Shown: positions 47,587 through 57,770 of the stretch, one piece after another
How the letters are laid out: the number at the start of each line of letters is the position of its first letter
Position numbering within the stretch: the stretch's first letter is position 1
Program-made: the position numbers and the translations under genes
The notes under the pieces: model-generated
What the model saw: only the letters and a program-made list of their open reading frames with translations
What the model was told of the DNA's origin: nothing
The model's database searches: none
NCBI GenBank assembly: GCA_001801215.1
Contig: MGXA01000067.1
Span: 15,680-79,679, forward strand
Length of the DNA stretch: 64,000 nt
Direction: 5' to 3'
From: Gallionellales bacterium RIFCSPLOWO2_02_FULL_59_110
GTDB taxonomy: Bacteria > Pseudomonadota > Gammaproteobacteria > Burkholderiales > Gallionellaceae

Positions 47587-48918
47587 TTATGGCGCTCCCG
47601 AAACGATGAATTCTGGCGCCGGGCCGGGCTGGGGCAGGACGTGATGCCCGACCATCGCCGGGGCAGGTGCCGCGATTGGCCGGCCTGTCGCAGGGCGGCA
47701 TCCGGCGGCGGCCCAGTGTATCCCCATGGCAGACGCCACGATGGGCAGGCGCTTGTAGAAACTGCCGTTCAATTGCGTATAGCGCAGCAGATAGCTCTGG
47801 AAACACTCGAACAAATGCCGATCCGGCCTGGCGTGCTGCGCCTCCTGCCAGAAATCGGCCAGCAGCCCGCCAAAAGTCAACCCCTTCATGTCATAGATGG
47901 CGCTGCCGCAAACCTTGACCGGCGCTCCGTGAAAAAGGGCCGACAAGCCGACTGTGCTGTTGACCACCACCACCCCGCAGGCGAGCTTCAACAAGGTGGG
48001 GAGATGCTGGTCATGAATATAGAAACATCTATCCTCCAGCCCGAGCCGCACGATCCGCTCGGCAATAAACTTTGTGTAGTCGCAATAACCGCGATCCATC
48101 GGGTGGTGCTTGATGACCAGTGCGGTATTTTTGGGCGCATGGGCAGCAAAAGATGTCATCGCTTCGTCGATAAACTGGGCCACCGAATTGAAGCCGGAAT
48201 GCGTATGAATCTGCGCGTCGTTATGCACTTGCAGCGGCACCAGGAAGAAACGTCCGGCAAGCTTGCCGGTCAACCGCGCGGAGACTCCCCGCTCTTTGAA
48301 CGCGTAATATCCCTTGCGCCACAGGGAGCGCAACCAGGGCAATCCTTCCAGCCACGACAAGGGCCGGTGATGCCGGTAATGCGGGAAAAGCGGCTTCAGC
48401 AGGCCTGCCGCAAAGTAATACAGCATCGCCCAGAGCATGGCAAACCAGAAGGTGCTGCCGACCTGTTGCGGCTGTTCGACGGGGGGCATCGGGTTGTTCA
48501 GGTAAAAAATCGGGTTGCGCGGAATCAGCGAATTGCCGTTGGCGCCGAACCGTTCGAGCGTGATGTGGTTCGGCCTGGTATAGCCTTCCTCGAACACGCC
48601 GATTTCCAGCCCGCGCCGCAGGGCGACTTCATGCGCCAGGCGGTGAACCGGGCGGCAATCGCCGAACAGCAGCACCGCGTCGACGTTCAACCGGTCGAGC
48701 AGCACTTCCAGGTACGCCGACCATTCCTCCATGCCGCCGCAGAAGCTGAATGCGTTTGACGGGTAGAAGAGCCAGTCGCCGCCGTTGAAATTCACCTTGA
48801 ACACCTGCGCCCCGGCTTGTTCCAGATCCTTGGCGAACCTCCAGAAGAAAGGCCCGACCGGACCTTGCAGCAGCAATATCCGCTTGCCTCTGAACTGGTT
48901 CAGGCTCGACGTCAGCAT
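47587..48918 (-). CDS. kpsS: Capsule beta-Kdo transferase KpsS
   Basis: ILLLQGPVGPFF, FEEGYTRP..ITLE..G.NGNS, VPLQVHNDAQI, IKHHPMDRG, NSTVGLSAL. Confidence 0.9.
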   Translation of the reverse strand: MLTSSLNQFRGKRILLLQGPVGPFFWRFAKDLEQAGAQVFKVNFNGGDWLFYPSNAFSFCGGMEEWSAYLEVLLDRLNVDAVLLFGDCRPVHRLAHEVALRRGLEIGVFEEGYTRPNHITLERFGANGNSLIPRNPIFYLNNPMPPVEQPQQVGSTFWFAMLWAMLYYFAAGLLKPLFPHYRHHRPLSWLEGLPWLRSLWRKGYYAFKERGVSARLTGKLAGRFFLVPLQVHNDAQIHTHSGFNSVAQFIDEAMTSFAAHAPKNTALVIKHHPMDRGYCDYTKFIAERIVRLGLEDRCFYIHDQHLPTLLKLACGVVVVNSTVGLSALFHGAPVKVCGSAIYDMKGLTFGGLLADFWQEAQHARPDRHLFECFQSYLLRYTQLNGSFYKRLPIVASAMGIHWAAAGCRPATGRPIAAPAPAMVGHHVLPQPGPAPEFIVSGAP

Positions 48919-48936
48919 GGCCGTTGCATGTCCGGG

Positions 48937-49329
48937 TTAAAACTGGCGTTCCAGACGAACGTTGATGCGCGGCATCAGCGCCTGCTCGCGCCCGGAAAAC
49001 AGTTGCGAGCTGCGCTCGAAAAGCACTTGCATGAGCCTGCCGGAATCGTCCCTGTCGCTCAACCCCATCACCAGCTTGTGCCCGGCCCGGAACCTCCATA
49101 CCAGTTTCTTCTCGTTCTCCATCAGGCCCGGCGCGAACGGCCCGGCGGAATCCTCCTCCGCAAGCAGCCGGTAGCTGGGAGCGCGCAACCCGTCCGTGGC
49201 GGTCTCGCCGAAACCGGCCGCCGCCGCATATGGCGAGCACGACGCGCAGGGCAGGAGTAATGCGAGAACCAGGCATACCCTTTTCCGCAACGCCAGCCTT
49301 CCAAAGTTTTTCCTGTCAGCGGTTTTCAT
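48937..49329 (-). CDS. Hypothetical exported protein
   Basis: Basic N-terminus followed by a hydrophobic stretch; in line with kpsS. Family not recognised. Confidence 0.4.
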   Translation of the reverse strand: MKTADRKNFGRLALRKRVCLVLALLLPCASCSPYAAAAGFGETATDGLRAPSYRLLAEEDSAGPFAPGLMENEKKLVWRFRAGHKLVMGLSDRDDSGRLMQVLFERSSQLFSGREQALMPRINVRLERQF

Positions 49330-49866
49330 AATGCCCTCCGTTCGTGAATCGGCGCGCGCCGGTCAGGTCGGGATTGCCAAAAGAGCTCGCCGTTCGTGCC
49401 GCGCTAAACCTTGGCGCAAGTATCTGCAAAAGGCACGCGGAATACAGCGAGGCGAAATGCGTATTTCGCCGCGTCTGAAACTTCAATCGGGTAGTGTGTT
49501 TTACTGAAGAAAAAAAATGCGCCGTAGGCGGCGTCTACATAGATGCGACAAGCGCGGCCTGCGCCGGTTTGCGACGATATTTATGTTGCGCTTTGCGGTT
49601 GCTTATAACTTATCGGATTAGGTGATTTTACCTATTTAAAATCCGGAGAATTCGTTACAAGATAGCGGCGCATTGTCATGGAAATGCACTGCGGGTGGCG
49701 GACGGTCCGGCAGCATGGGTATACGGGTCCCGCGCTACGAACACTGCCTGATCCGCCCATGCATTGCGCTATGAGAAAAGTGCAAAGAGCGCGGCCATGT
49801 ATCGATTTCAATGGCCGAAATTATTTCGCGGGGTCGCCCGCTTTGTTAATGCAAGGAGATATTCAA

Positions 49867-50070
49867 ATGGCAACAGGTACAGTTAAATGGTTCAACGACT
49901 CGAAGGGTTTCGGTTTTATCTCTTCCGACGACGGCAGTGGCGATCTGTTCGCGCACTTTTCCGCAATCAGCGCGAGCGGTTTCAAGTCCCTCCAGGAAGG
50001 CCAGAAGGTCGTCTTTGAAGTGGTGCAAGGCATGAAGGGCAAGCAGGCTTCCAACATCAGGCCTTGCTGA
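49867..50070 (+). CDS. Cold-shock (CspA family) protein
   Basis: [38 protein letters not shown]. Confidence 0.95.
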   Translation: MATGTVKWFNDSKGFGFISSDDGSGDLFAHFSAISASGFKSLQEGQKVVFEVVQGMKGKQASNIRPC

Positions 50071-50140
50071 CGTCGCAAATCGCAAATCTCAAAGCATCGT
50101 TCCCATGCTCCGCGTGGGAACGCTGGCCGTGCCGCTCTAA

Positions 50141-50250
50141 GGAGGCGCTGATTTATTCGTCATCCCCGCGAAGGCGGGGATCCAGTGCCTTTACTTAACT
50201 GGGTTCCCGCCTTCGCGGGAACGACGAAACCGAATAAATCAGCGCGTCCC
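50141..50250. mobile_element. 110-bp MITE, copy 3 (reverse orientation)
   Basis: Reverse complement of 37806-37915; flanks TAA/TCA. Confidence 0.88.
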
Positions 50251-50383
50251 TCAGGAAACGCAGTTTTTTGTAGGGCGCAATAACCAACGGGCATTGCGCC
50301 GCATGTAGATCATTCCGGTGCAATGCGCTACGCTTATTGCACCCTGCCGAGCTTGTGCATATCCGCATGAATTATGCAGCGGC

Positions 50384-52453
50384 TCATAATTTCAATCTCA
50401 TCATGGTCGAAGCTATCAAGCCCAAGTTGGGATCGGACAGGCGCAGCACCCGGCGCATCGCTTTCCGCCACCACGGCAATCCGTTCCCACACTGCGCCCG
50501 CCATGCCAGCATTTCGTCCAGCGCCCGCTCCGGCGTGGTGAAACAGCCCGTCTCCCGGCTCACGTAAGCGGGATAGAGAATCAATGCTCCCGCCGCCAGT
50601 TCGTCCAGCGACAGGCGGCGCGTACGGCGGGCAACCGGCAGGACATCTGCGGTCAGCCCCCAGCCCGCGTAAAAGGGCTGGCCGTAGCACACCACTCTCT
50701 TGCCGCGCAGCAATGCCTCGAACCCGGTCAGCGATGTCAGCGTGTGGACTTCGTCCACCTGCGGCAACAGTTCTCCCATCGGAACATCCTGCACCACTTC
50801 GTCGCACCAGCGAACGGCGTCCTCCTCGCGCTGCCCCTTGCGGCGCAATCCGGCTATCACATCCGGGTGCGGTTTGTAGATCAGGTACGCTTCCGGGTTG
50901 TCCGCGCGCACCGCGCGCAGCAGATCGAGATTGCGGCGGATGCCGGGCGCTCCGCAAGCCAGCGAGGCATCCGATTCCACCTGCCCCGGCACCAGGATCA
51001 CCCTGCGCATGGTTCCAGGCTCCCGGAGTGGCGGACAGGATGAAGGCCGCTGCCAGCTCGCCACTCCCACGTTGTACTTGGTCAGCCCTTGCGCGACCAT
51101 ACGCTCCCGCAATACCCGCGCACGGTCGAGCAGCGCCGCATCGAAAACCGTCGTTTGCAGGAGATGTTCCAGATCGGATGGCCCGGTTGCATCGTAGTAG
51201 ATGCCGCGCCCGTCCATGACCCACGACAAGGGGCGCACCAGATCCGCCCCCAATCCTACCGAGCGGATGAACCCGTCTTCCAGCCGGATGATGTCTGCCG
51301 CGCAATTTGAAGCAGGCTCTCTCCGCCCCCACACCGCCAGCGTGGCACCCTGCGGCACTGCGGCAACCTTGCGCACAAAGCGCACGGTGCTGCCCTGAAA
51401 GAAACTGCGCACGATAGGTTTTTTGTACATCGAAAATCCCAGAGCATAGATGTCGGCGGGAAACCGCTCGCGCATCCGCCGCTGCATTCCCATCCATTCG
51501 ACCACGCGCTCCGCCTCGCAGCGCCGGCCGGTTTCCGGGTCGATATAACGCGGGTATTCCAGCAGCGTCGCATGCACCAGGTTTTCCAGCGGCGCAGGGC
51601 GGCGGCGCTCCGGCGCCAGCAGGTTGTCCTGCGTAAGCCCCCAGCCGGCATAGAACGGCATACCGAAACAGCGCACCCGCCTGCCCCACAGTAATGCCTC
51701 GAAACCCATTTGCGAGGTGACCGTATAGACCGCCTCGGCATGTTCGATCAGCGACACCGGGTGCGCATCTTCTCCGAGCACCAGCACGCGCGGGTTTTGC
51801 GCAAGCGCGGCGAGGTCGAAATGGCCGCGCTTATGGCCGGCCATCACCTCCGGATGGATTTTGAGCAGCACCGTGCATTCCGGGTTTTCCGCCAGCGCCG
51901 CATCCAGCATACGCTGAAAGCTGGGCGCATCTGCCAGGCCATGGCGGATCGACGCGTCGCCCAGCGTCTGGTCAGCCACCAGCACATAGCGCGCCGGCAG
52001 CCTGCCCGCATATTCGCGCGCATGGTTGTATTTGGACACCCGCGCCGCGCGCCATACGCAGATCAACGCCATAGCGCGGGCGCGCTGCGCTTCCGTGAGC
52101 GGGCGGGCGATCAGCATTTCGAGACGCGAAGGTACGGAGGCGTCGTAGTAGATGCCCCGATCGTCCACCACGACGGAAAGCGGCGGCGACTGCCCGCCCA
52201 TCTCCACCGAGCGGAGAAAGCCGTCTTCGAGGCGCAGCAGGGCCAACCCATGCCGGCTGGCGAAGGCCGAAGCCTCGGCGGCGCTGGGTTTGCGCCCCCA
52301 GGCAATCACTCCCGCGCAGGCGGCCATATCCCGCACTGCGCGGCGGTGTACCGGCGGCGCCCCGAGCAGTTCGCCGAGATTCGGCAGGTTCGCCAACGCG
52401 CGCGAGGTCGCGATCAGCGGAGCCGTTCCGGCCGGAAGAAATAATTCCCGCAA
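50384..52453 (-). CDS. kpsC: Capsule beta-Kdo transferase KpsC
   Basis: Duplicated domain: RLEDGFLRS/RLEDGFIRS, GIYYDA, KIHPE/KPHPD, TSQMGFEAL/TSLTGFEAL, PFYAGWGLT twice. Confidence 0.92.
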   Translation of the reverse strand: MRELFLPAGTAPLIATSRALANLPNLGELLGAPPVHRRAVRDMAACAGVIAWGRKPSAAEASAFASRHGLALLRLEDGFLRSVEMGGQSPPLSVVVDDRGIYYDASVPSRLEMLIARPLTEAQRARAMALICVWRAARVSKYNHAREYAGRLPARYVLVADQTLGDASIRHGLADAPSFQRMLDAALAENPECTVLLKIHPEVMAGHKRGHFDLAALAQNPRVLVLGEDAHPVSLIEHAEAVYTVTSQMGFEALLWGRRVRCFGMPFYAGWGLTQDNLLAPERRRPAPLENLVHATLLEYPRYIDPETGRRCEAERVVEWMGMQRRMRERFPADIYALGFSMYKKPIVRSFFQGSTVRFVRKVAAVPQGATLAVWGRREPASNCAADIIRLEDGFIRSVGLGADLVRPLSWVMDGRGIYYDATGPSDLEHLLQTTVFDAALLDRARVLRERMVAQGLTKYNVGVASWQRPSSCPPLREPGTMRRVILVPGQVESDASLACGAPGIRRNLDLLRAVRADNPEAYLIYKPHPDVIAGLRRKGQREEDAVRWCDEVVQDVPMGELLPQVDEVHTLTSLTGFEALLRGKRVVCYGQPFYAGWGLTADVLPVARRTRRLSLDELAAGALILYPAYVSRETGCFTTPERALDEMLAWRAQCGNGLPWWRKAMRRVLRLSDPNLGLIASTMMRLKL

Positions 52454-52483
52454 GGTTTCCTCGTCCGCAAATCGGGCCGCGCT

Positions 52484-53152
52484 TCAGGCGGTAGCCCCGG
52501 CCAGCGCCGACCAGTTGAGCTGGAGCCTGTTGTCAGCCTTGTCCGGCCCGATAACACCGTACTCGCACAACAGGTCGATGACCATGGCCACGGATTCCTC
52601 CACGGACTGGCTGCCGGTATCCACCACCAGTTCCGCTCCCTCAGGTTCCTCATAGGGTGAAGAGATGCCGGTGAACTCCTTGATTTCTCCTGCCCGCGCC
52701 CGTTTATACAGCCCCTTCACATCCCGTTGTTCGCACACTTCCAGCGGGCAGCGGCAATAGATTTCGAGGAATTCGCCGTACGGCACCAGCGAGCGCACCC
52801 GCGCGCGATCAGAGCGGAACGGAGAAATAAAGGCGGTCAGCGCGATGACGCCCGCATCCAGGTACAGTTTGGCCAGTTCTCCCGCGCGGCGGATATTCTC
52901 GACGCGGTCTTCGTCGGAAAACCCCAGATCGGAACAAAGCCCGTGGCGCACGTTGTCGCCATCGAAAGTAAAGGTGCGGCAGCCCATCTTGTGCAGATTC
53001 TCCTCGACAGCATGCGCCAGCGTGGATTTTCCCGCGCCGGAAAGCCCGGTGAACCATAAAATCACGCTGCGATGGCCATTCAACTTTTCGCGCGCCGCGC
53101 GGGTCACGGTGGCACGATGCCAGACGATGTTATTAGGTTTAATCGGTTTCAT
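52484..53152 (-). CDS. cysC: Adenylyl-sulfate kinase
   Basis: [50 protein letters not shown]. Confidence 0.95.
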   Translation of the reverse strand: MKPIKPNNIVWHRATVTRAAREKLNGHRSVILWFTGLSGAGKSTLAHAVEENLHKMGCRTFTFDGDNVRHGLCSDLGFSDEDRVENIRRAGELAKLYLDAGVIALTAFISPFRSDRARVRSLVPYGEFLEIYCRCPLEVCEQRDVKGLYKRARAGEIKEFTGISSPYEEPEGAELVVDTGSQSVEESVAMVIDLLCEYGVIGPDKADNRLQLNWSALAGATA

Positions 53153-53473
53153 TGCATCTCCTTTCGTGAAAATACTTCCTTGCCCATCCGCCGCCAAAGC
53201 ACGGCAGAACCAAACCGCCATGATTCTAAAAAAACAAATTCAGGCCACAGAGCTCACAGAGAACGTCAGTGTTCTTCTCGTTCCCACGGTCTGATGAAAC
53301 TACTAGCCATCTGACCAGGCTGTCCAAAAACGACAGCCTGGTCGCTGGTTATCCGTGAGAACGCATCAAGGGGCGCTCCGCGCCCCGTACCGCAGAGCGG
53401 CACGGCCAGCATTCCCACGCTGAGCTTGGGAACGATGCAACTGCTTTTTCCTGTGATTCTTCATACGCCGCCG

Positions 53474-54469
53474 CTACATCAATTCCGCATAACCGCGCTG
53501 CGCCCTGTCGGCCAACCCGGTCATTTTTTTTTCCGCATTGCCGAACATGGCGCTCCGCTGAGGCTCATCCTGTGCCAGATGCAGGATGGCTTCCACCCAG
53601 GCTTCCGGTTCCTGCGCCACCACCAGCCCATCCACACCGTGGCGGATCACATCCGCGCAGGCGCTGTCCGGCGCATAGATCCCCACCGCGCCGCAGCGGG
53701 TGATGTCGAAAAATTTCGTGTAAGAGCGCGCCCGGTTGAATGGCATATCCAGCAGCGGAACCAGCCCCACGTGCCGCCACGGCATGTCCAGAAACGCCCG
53801 GTAGGCGGGCCACTTCATCGGATGCACCACCGTCGCGCGCTGTACGCCGCGGTACAGGCGATGCACATCCCGGCCACCGGCGACCTCGAAGGCGAGCCGC
53901 TCGTCGCGGCGCAAGGCTTCTTCCACCACCGGACGCAGCCAGCGGATTTCTGCCGCGTGTGAGGCCGTGCCGTGGTAAAAAATCCGGCGCACGTCCGTGC
54001 AACCCGGCGCAGGCGAGGGCAGCACCAGCCGCGGCCGCCAACCGGAATATTTCAGTTGCAGATAAGGCGTCGAAACCCATAGTTCGGCAGCCTGCCGTTG
54101 CAGCCAGCTCGACCGCCAGGTGGCCAGCCGCGCCAGCTTGAAGCGGTAGCGCCACGGCAGCCCGGCGGACGCGCCCACTTCCAGCACATCGTCGTCCATG
54201 AAGAATGCCAGCCTGCGCAGCCGGGGGCGCACCGCCTCCACCAGTTTTGCCCAGGCCGGCGGCACATAGCGCACGAACACCACCGCCGCGCCATCCAGGT
54301 CGGCGGAAGGCGGCAAATCGGCAAAGCCGCAGCGCACCACCCGATGCCTCCCGGCGGAAACTGCCGGAAGCACGAAATAATCCGTGGACGGGTTGCATTG
54401 CTCTTCGACCAGGTAAACGGTGCCCGGAACGCCTTTCTGATGCGAACCTTGCGGGATCAGGTCAGCCAT
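53474..54469 (-). CDS. Putative GT-B glycosyltransferase
   Basis: FVRY, FFMDDD, LVPLLDMPFNRARSYTKFFD..GAVGIY, HGVDGLVV. Start at 54469. Confidence 0.65.
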   Translation of the reverse strand: MADLIPQGSHQKGVPGTVYLVEEQCNPSTDYFVLPAVSAGRHRVVRCGFADLPPSADLDGAAVVFVRYVPPAWAKLVEAVRPRLRRLAFFMDDDVLEVGASAGLPWRYRFKLARLATWRSSWLQRQAAELWVSTPYLQLKYSGWRPRLVLPSPAPGCTDVRRIFYHGTASHAAEIRWLRPVVEEALRRDERLAFEVAGGRDVHRLYRGVQRATVVHPMKWPAYRAFLDMPWRHVGLVPLLDMPFNRARSYTKFFDITRCGAVGIYAPDSACADVIRHGVDGLVVAQEPEAWVEAILHLAQDEPQRSAMFGNAEKKMTGLADRAQRGYAELM

Positions 54470-56751
54470 GATCCCTCCACCAGCGGTGCATTGCTCAGGG
54501 AAAAGTCGGGCCGCTCCTGGCTCAGATTCGGGTTGTAGAACGGGTCGCGCCGCAGCGCGTGCTTCCAGCGCTTGCGCATGTACGCGGCCTCGCGCTTGGC
54601 CAGCCGCACTTTCTCGGCGCTGCGGTTCTTGCCGCGCGACGCAGACTCGCGGTGATACAGCTCGGCATGCGGCGTCCATACCACCCGGTAGCCTGCCTCG
54701 CGCACCCGCAGGCAGAAATCCACGTCGTTGAAAGACACCGGGAGGTAGCGCTCGTCCAGCCCGCCCAATTCTTCATACAGCGCTTTCCGCACCATCAGGC
54801 ATGCTCCGGTGACCGCCGACATATCCTGCGCCAGCAGGGCGCGCCCCTGATAGCCCGGATCGTCGCGCCGCAGGAAGGCATGGGCATGGTTCGCCACGCC
54901 GCCCACGCCGACCAGGTCGCCGCCATGCTGCACCTTGCCGTCCGGATAAAGCAGCTTCGCGCCGACCACGCCGACATCTTTCTGATGCAGCAGGCCGAGC
55001 ATTTCTTCCATCCACTCCGGCGTGATGACTTCGGTGTCGTTATTGAGCAGGCAGAGCACCTGGCCGCGCGCATAGCGCACCGCAAAATTGTTGATTGCCG
55101 GGTAATTGAATGGCCGGTCATGGCGCAGGACTGTCGCGATCTTCCCTGCGGCAAGCGCGTCCAGATAGGCGAGCGTGACCGGATCGGCGGACTGGTTATC
55201 GACCACGATGATTTCATAATGCGGATAACTGCCGAGCCCGCGCAGGCTTTCGATGCAGCGCCGCAGCAAATCCAGCCTGTCGCGGGTCGGGATGATGATG
55301 CTCACCAGCGGCATGTCGGCGGGAATCGCGTAGCGGATGCGGTAACCGCCTGCGCCAGGCACGCCGATAACCTCGCCGCAAATTCCGTTGCGAGCCAGAT
55401 AGGCTTCCCGCATTTGCTTTCCGGCCGCGCAAGGCGTGTTGCCTGCCCATTCCGGCGCGGCTCCGTCCCGGTACGTGCGGCAATGGTAAAGCACTTGGGG
55501 AATGTGGCGGATTTGCCGGACATTTGCCGCCTCGCTCACGCGCAGCGCCAGCTCGCAACTCGCGCCGGTATCCAGCCTGTCTGGAAAACCGCCTGCGGCT
55601 CCAATCGCGTCGGCCCGGAAAACGCACAGGCCGCCGAGGTAATTCTGCGAAAGCAGCAACTGCGGGTTCCAGTCCGGCTTGAAATTGGGCGCGGTGCGCG
55701 CCCCCGCCTCATCGATGCTGTCTTCGTCGGTGTACAGCAGCACCGCATCGGGATATGCCGCCGCCTCCGCCGCGATGCAATACAAGGCACGTTGCGCGAG
55801 CAAGTCGTGTTCGCCCAGTATCCCCAGGTAATCGCCGCTTCTCCGTGCTGCATCCATCGCGGTAGCGCCAACCTGATCCGCTTGCAGGAATCCGGCGCTG
55901 ATCCGCGCGTCGCTCCGGGTAAATTCCCCGAGAACCTCCCTGATGGCGGGATCGCAGTCAGGGGCTGCCGCGATGTGCAGTTCCCAATGCGGATAAATCT
56001 GGGCGCGGACCGACTCGACAGTTGCCGCAAGATATTGGGCATGACCTGCCTGCACGTTCAGCAACAGGGTAATCTTGGGCTGCACCGCCATCTCCGGAAT
56101 ATGCCTTTCCAGTTGCCGGTGCCCGCGTATTCCCGGCGTATCGAAATAGCCGATCCAGCCCTGGTAGTGCGGAGCGCTGGCATGGGCGCGCAACTTGCGC
56201 GCAGCCTGATAGCTGCCCGGCAAATCAATCAGCATGCGGAAAAACCCCAGATCGACAAACTTCCGCTTCCTGGCCGGATGCAGAAAAATCATCGACATGA
56301 CACGCTGCACCATAAGCCAGTACCGCTCCAATACGTTTACCCTGGACAGGGAAAGCAGAGACAGTTCGAATTCTCCCGTTGCACCCACCGGCGACCATTT
56401 CATGCGTTTGACCCCGGCAGGCAGGCAAATCAGTTCGTTGATCTCGCCCCTGCCCGAGGCAGGGATCTCGAAAGACTGCGCTTCGGTAAAACCGGCGCCA
56501 AGGTCGTAATCGAGACGCGCACAACAATTTCCGCCGCGCCGGATCAGCGCACCCCGCAGCAATACCCAGCCGCTGGGGTATCCCTCACCCGGCACCGCGA
56601 CATCAATACAAGCCTTGCCGAATGCCGGCTTCCCGTGGTCGTCAGGCATGCCGGCTTCCGGGAAATCGCCATCCGGGAGCAAACGGGCAGCCAGACCTGG
56701 TGTTTTTCCGCCTCGGATCATTGATCGCTCCATGTTTGACTCGTTCATCAT
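54457..56751 (-). CDS. GT2 glycosyltransferase (two GT-A domains)
   Basis: LYTDED, NFKPDW, VSIIIPTRD, VVDNQS, LLNNDTEV, VGAKLLY, SAVTGACL, NDVDFCL. Confidence 0.88.
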   Translation of the reverse strand: MMNESNMERSMIRGGKTPGLAARLLPDGDFPEAGMPDDHGKPAFGKACIDVAVPGEGYPSGWVLLRGALIRRGGNCCARLDYDLGAGFTEAQSFEIPASGRGEINELICLPAGVKRMKWSPVGATGEFELSLLSLSRVNVLERYWLMVQRVMSMIFLHPARKRKFVDLGFFRMLIDLPGSYQAARKLRAHASAPHYQGWIGYFDTPGIRGHRQLERHIPEMAVQPKITLLLNVQAGHAQYLAATVESVRAQIYPHWELHIAAAPDCDPAIREVLGEFTRSDARISAGFLQADQVGATAMDAARRSGDYLGILGEHDLLAQRALYCIAAEAAAYPDAVLLYTDEDSIDEAGARTAPNFKPDWNPQLLLSQNYLGGLCVFRADAIGAAGGFPDRLDTGASCELALRVSEAANVRQIRHIPQVLYHCRTYRDGAAPEWAGNTPCAAGKQMREAYLARNGICGEVIGVPGAGGYRIRYAIPADMPLVSIIIPTRDRLDLLRRCIESLRGLGSYPHYEIIVVDNQSADPVTLAYLDALAAGKIATVLRHDRPFNYPAINNFAVRYARGQVLCLLNNDTEVITPEWMEEMLGLLHQKDVGVVGAKLLYPDGKVQHGGDLVGVGGVANHAHAFLRRDDPGYQGRALLAQDMSAVTGACLMVRKALYEELGGLDERYLPVSFNDVDFCLRVREAGYRVVWTPHAELYHRESASRGKNRSAEKVRLAKREAAYMRKRWKHALRRDPFYNPNLSQERPDFSLSNAPLVEGSWLT

Positions 56752-57767
56752 TTGCGGCCGAAAACCAGGACTGCGTAAAACTCGTTGCTGTTTTTCACCG
56801 TCTGGTACAGCCTCGCGATGCGCAGGCGGGTCAACCTCAGGGAAAACAGGTCGTCGAACAATGTCTTGAAAGTTGCCGGAGTAAATTTCCAGGCATGCAC
56901 ATCCGTGTACTCGGTCGAAGAGCGCAGCCTTTCGAGTTCGGCCATGAACGAAACATTCTGCCTGTCATCGAGCTGCAATAACCCCCGGTTCGTGCCATGA
57001 TCCCCGCGCCAATGCCGGGCCGGTTCGTTGTGCGCGGCGAAAAACCGGTGCTCCAGAATATCCTTGAGGCGATGCCGATTTTTTCCCTCCGCCCACGCCT
57101 CGACAATGTCCGCCAGATTCGTCTCGGGAAAAAAATGATCGAAACAGTAGCGCTTGTCCGGGACGGCGAAAAAAACCGCGCCCTCCTTCTCCAATACCGA
57201 TTCGATGTCGTGCAGGTGCGTTAACAGACAGGGTTGATGTTCGATGTTGTGCGATGAATAGATAGCCATAAACTTTCGCCCGATGAGCTCGGCATAACGC
57301 TGCCCAGACCAGACATAATCTATCTCGGGGATATTTTCGATGGCCGCGCCCTTTAATTTCGCCGCCCTTTCTTTCATCGCTTTGGCAGAAAGGCAGTCGA
57401 GATAAGATACATTCGCCTCCGGTCGCCGGAACGCCGGGGAGAAGAATGGGCCGATTTCGAGTATGGGCAGCGCGGCGGGAACCAGGCCGATGAATTGTTT
57501 CCTGCCCTGCACCTCGCTGCATATCCGCCCTTCGGCCATGCCATGATTCTTGTAGTGAAGCCGCGCCGCCGTTTCGCCAAGCCGGGCAATATCCTTGTTT
57601 CCGGCGTGATTCACATAGACTTCATGATCGAATTCCAGGGGAAGCCGGTTTCTCCAATCTGCCGAATGAGCGACATCCGCCGCAGCCACGCCCGCTTGCC
57701 GGCCGACAACGATTCCGGAAGATCTGATCTCCCCCGCCCCCGTATGGAAACCCGGCATTGTTGTCAC
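56748..57767 (-). CDS. Class I SAM-dependent methyltransferase-domain protein
   Basis: ILEIGP motif I, SSHNIEH, FAVPDKRYCFD, DVHAW.FTP. Confidence 0.75.
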   Translation of the reverse strand: MTTMPGFHTGAGEIRSSGIVVGRQAGVAAADVAHSADWRNRLPLEFDHEVYVNHAGNKDIARLGETAARLHYKNHGMAEGRICSEVQGRKQFIGLVPAALPILEIGPFFSPAFRRPEANVSYLDCLSAKAMKERAAKLKGAAIENIPEIDYVWSGQRYAELIGRKFMAIYSSHNIEHQPCLLTHLHDIESVLEKEGAVFFAVPDKRYCFDHFFPETNLADIVEAWAEGKNRHRLKDILEHRFFAAHNEPARHWRGDHGTNRGLLQLDDRQNVSFMAELERLRSSTEYTDVHAWKFTPATFKTLFDDLFSLRLTRLRIARLYQTVKNSNEFYAVLVFGRK

Positions 57768-57770
57768 GGC

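Noticed and set aside
18798-50250. CRISPR array or integron attC sites from recurring repeats
   Set aside because: Repeats are dispersed, not regularly spaced with unique spacers; no cas or intI genes.
53277-53434. Hairpin gaccaggctgtc-caaaaac-gacagcctggtc as an intrinsic terminator, and inverted repeats around kpsC-cysC as a mobile unit
   Set aside because: No U-tract; it lies inside a dispersed GTTCCCAC-type repeat whose partner at 50098-50138 is only ~40 bp and diverged.
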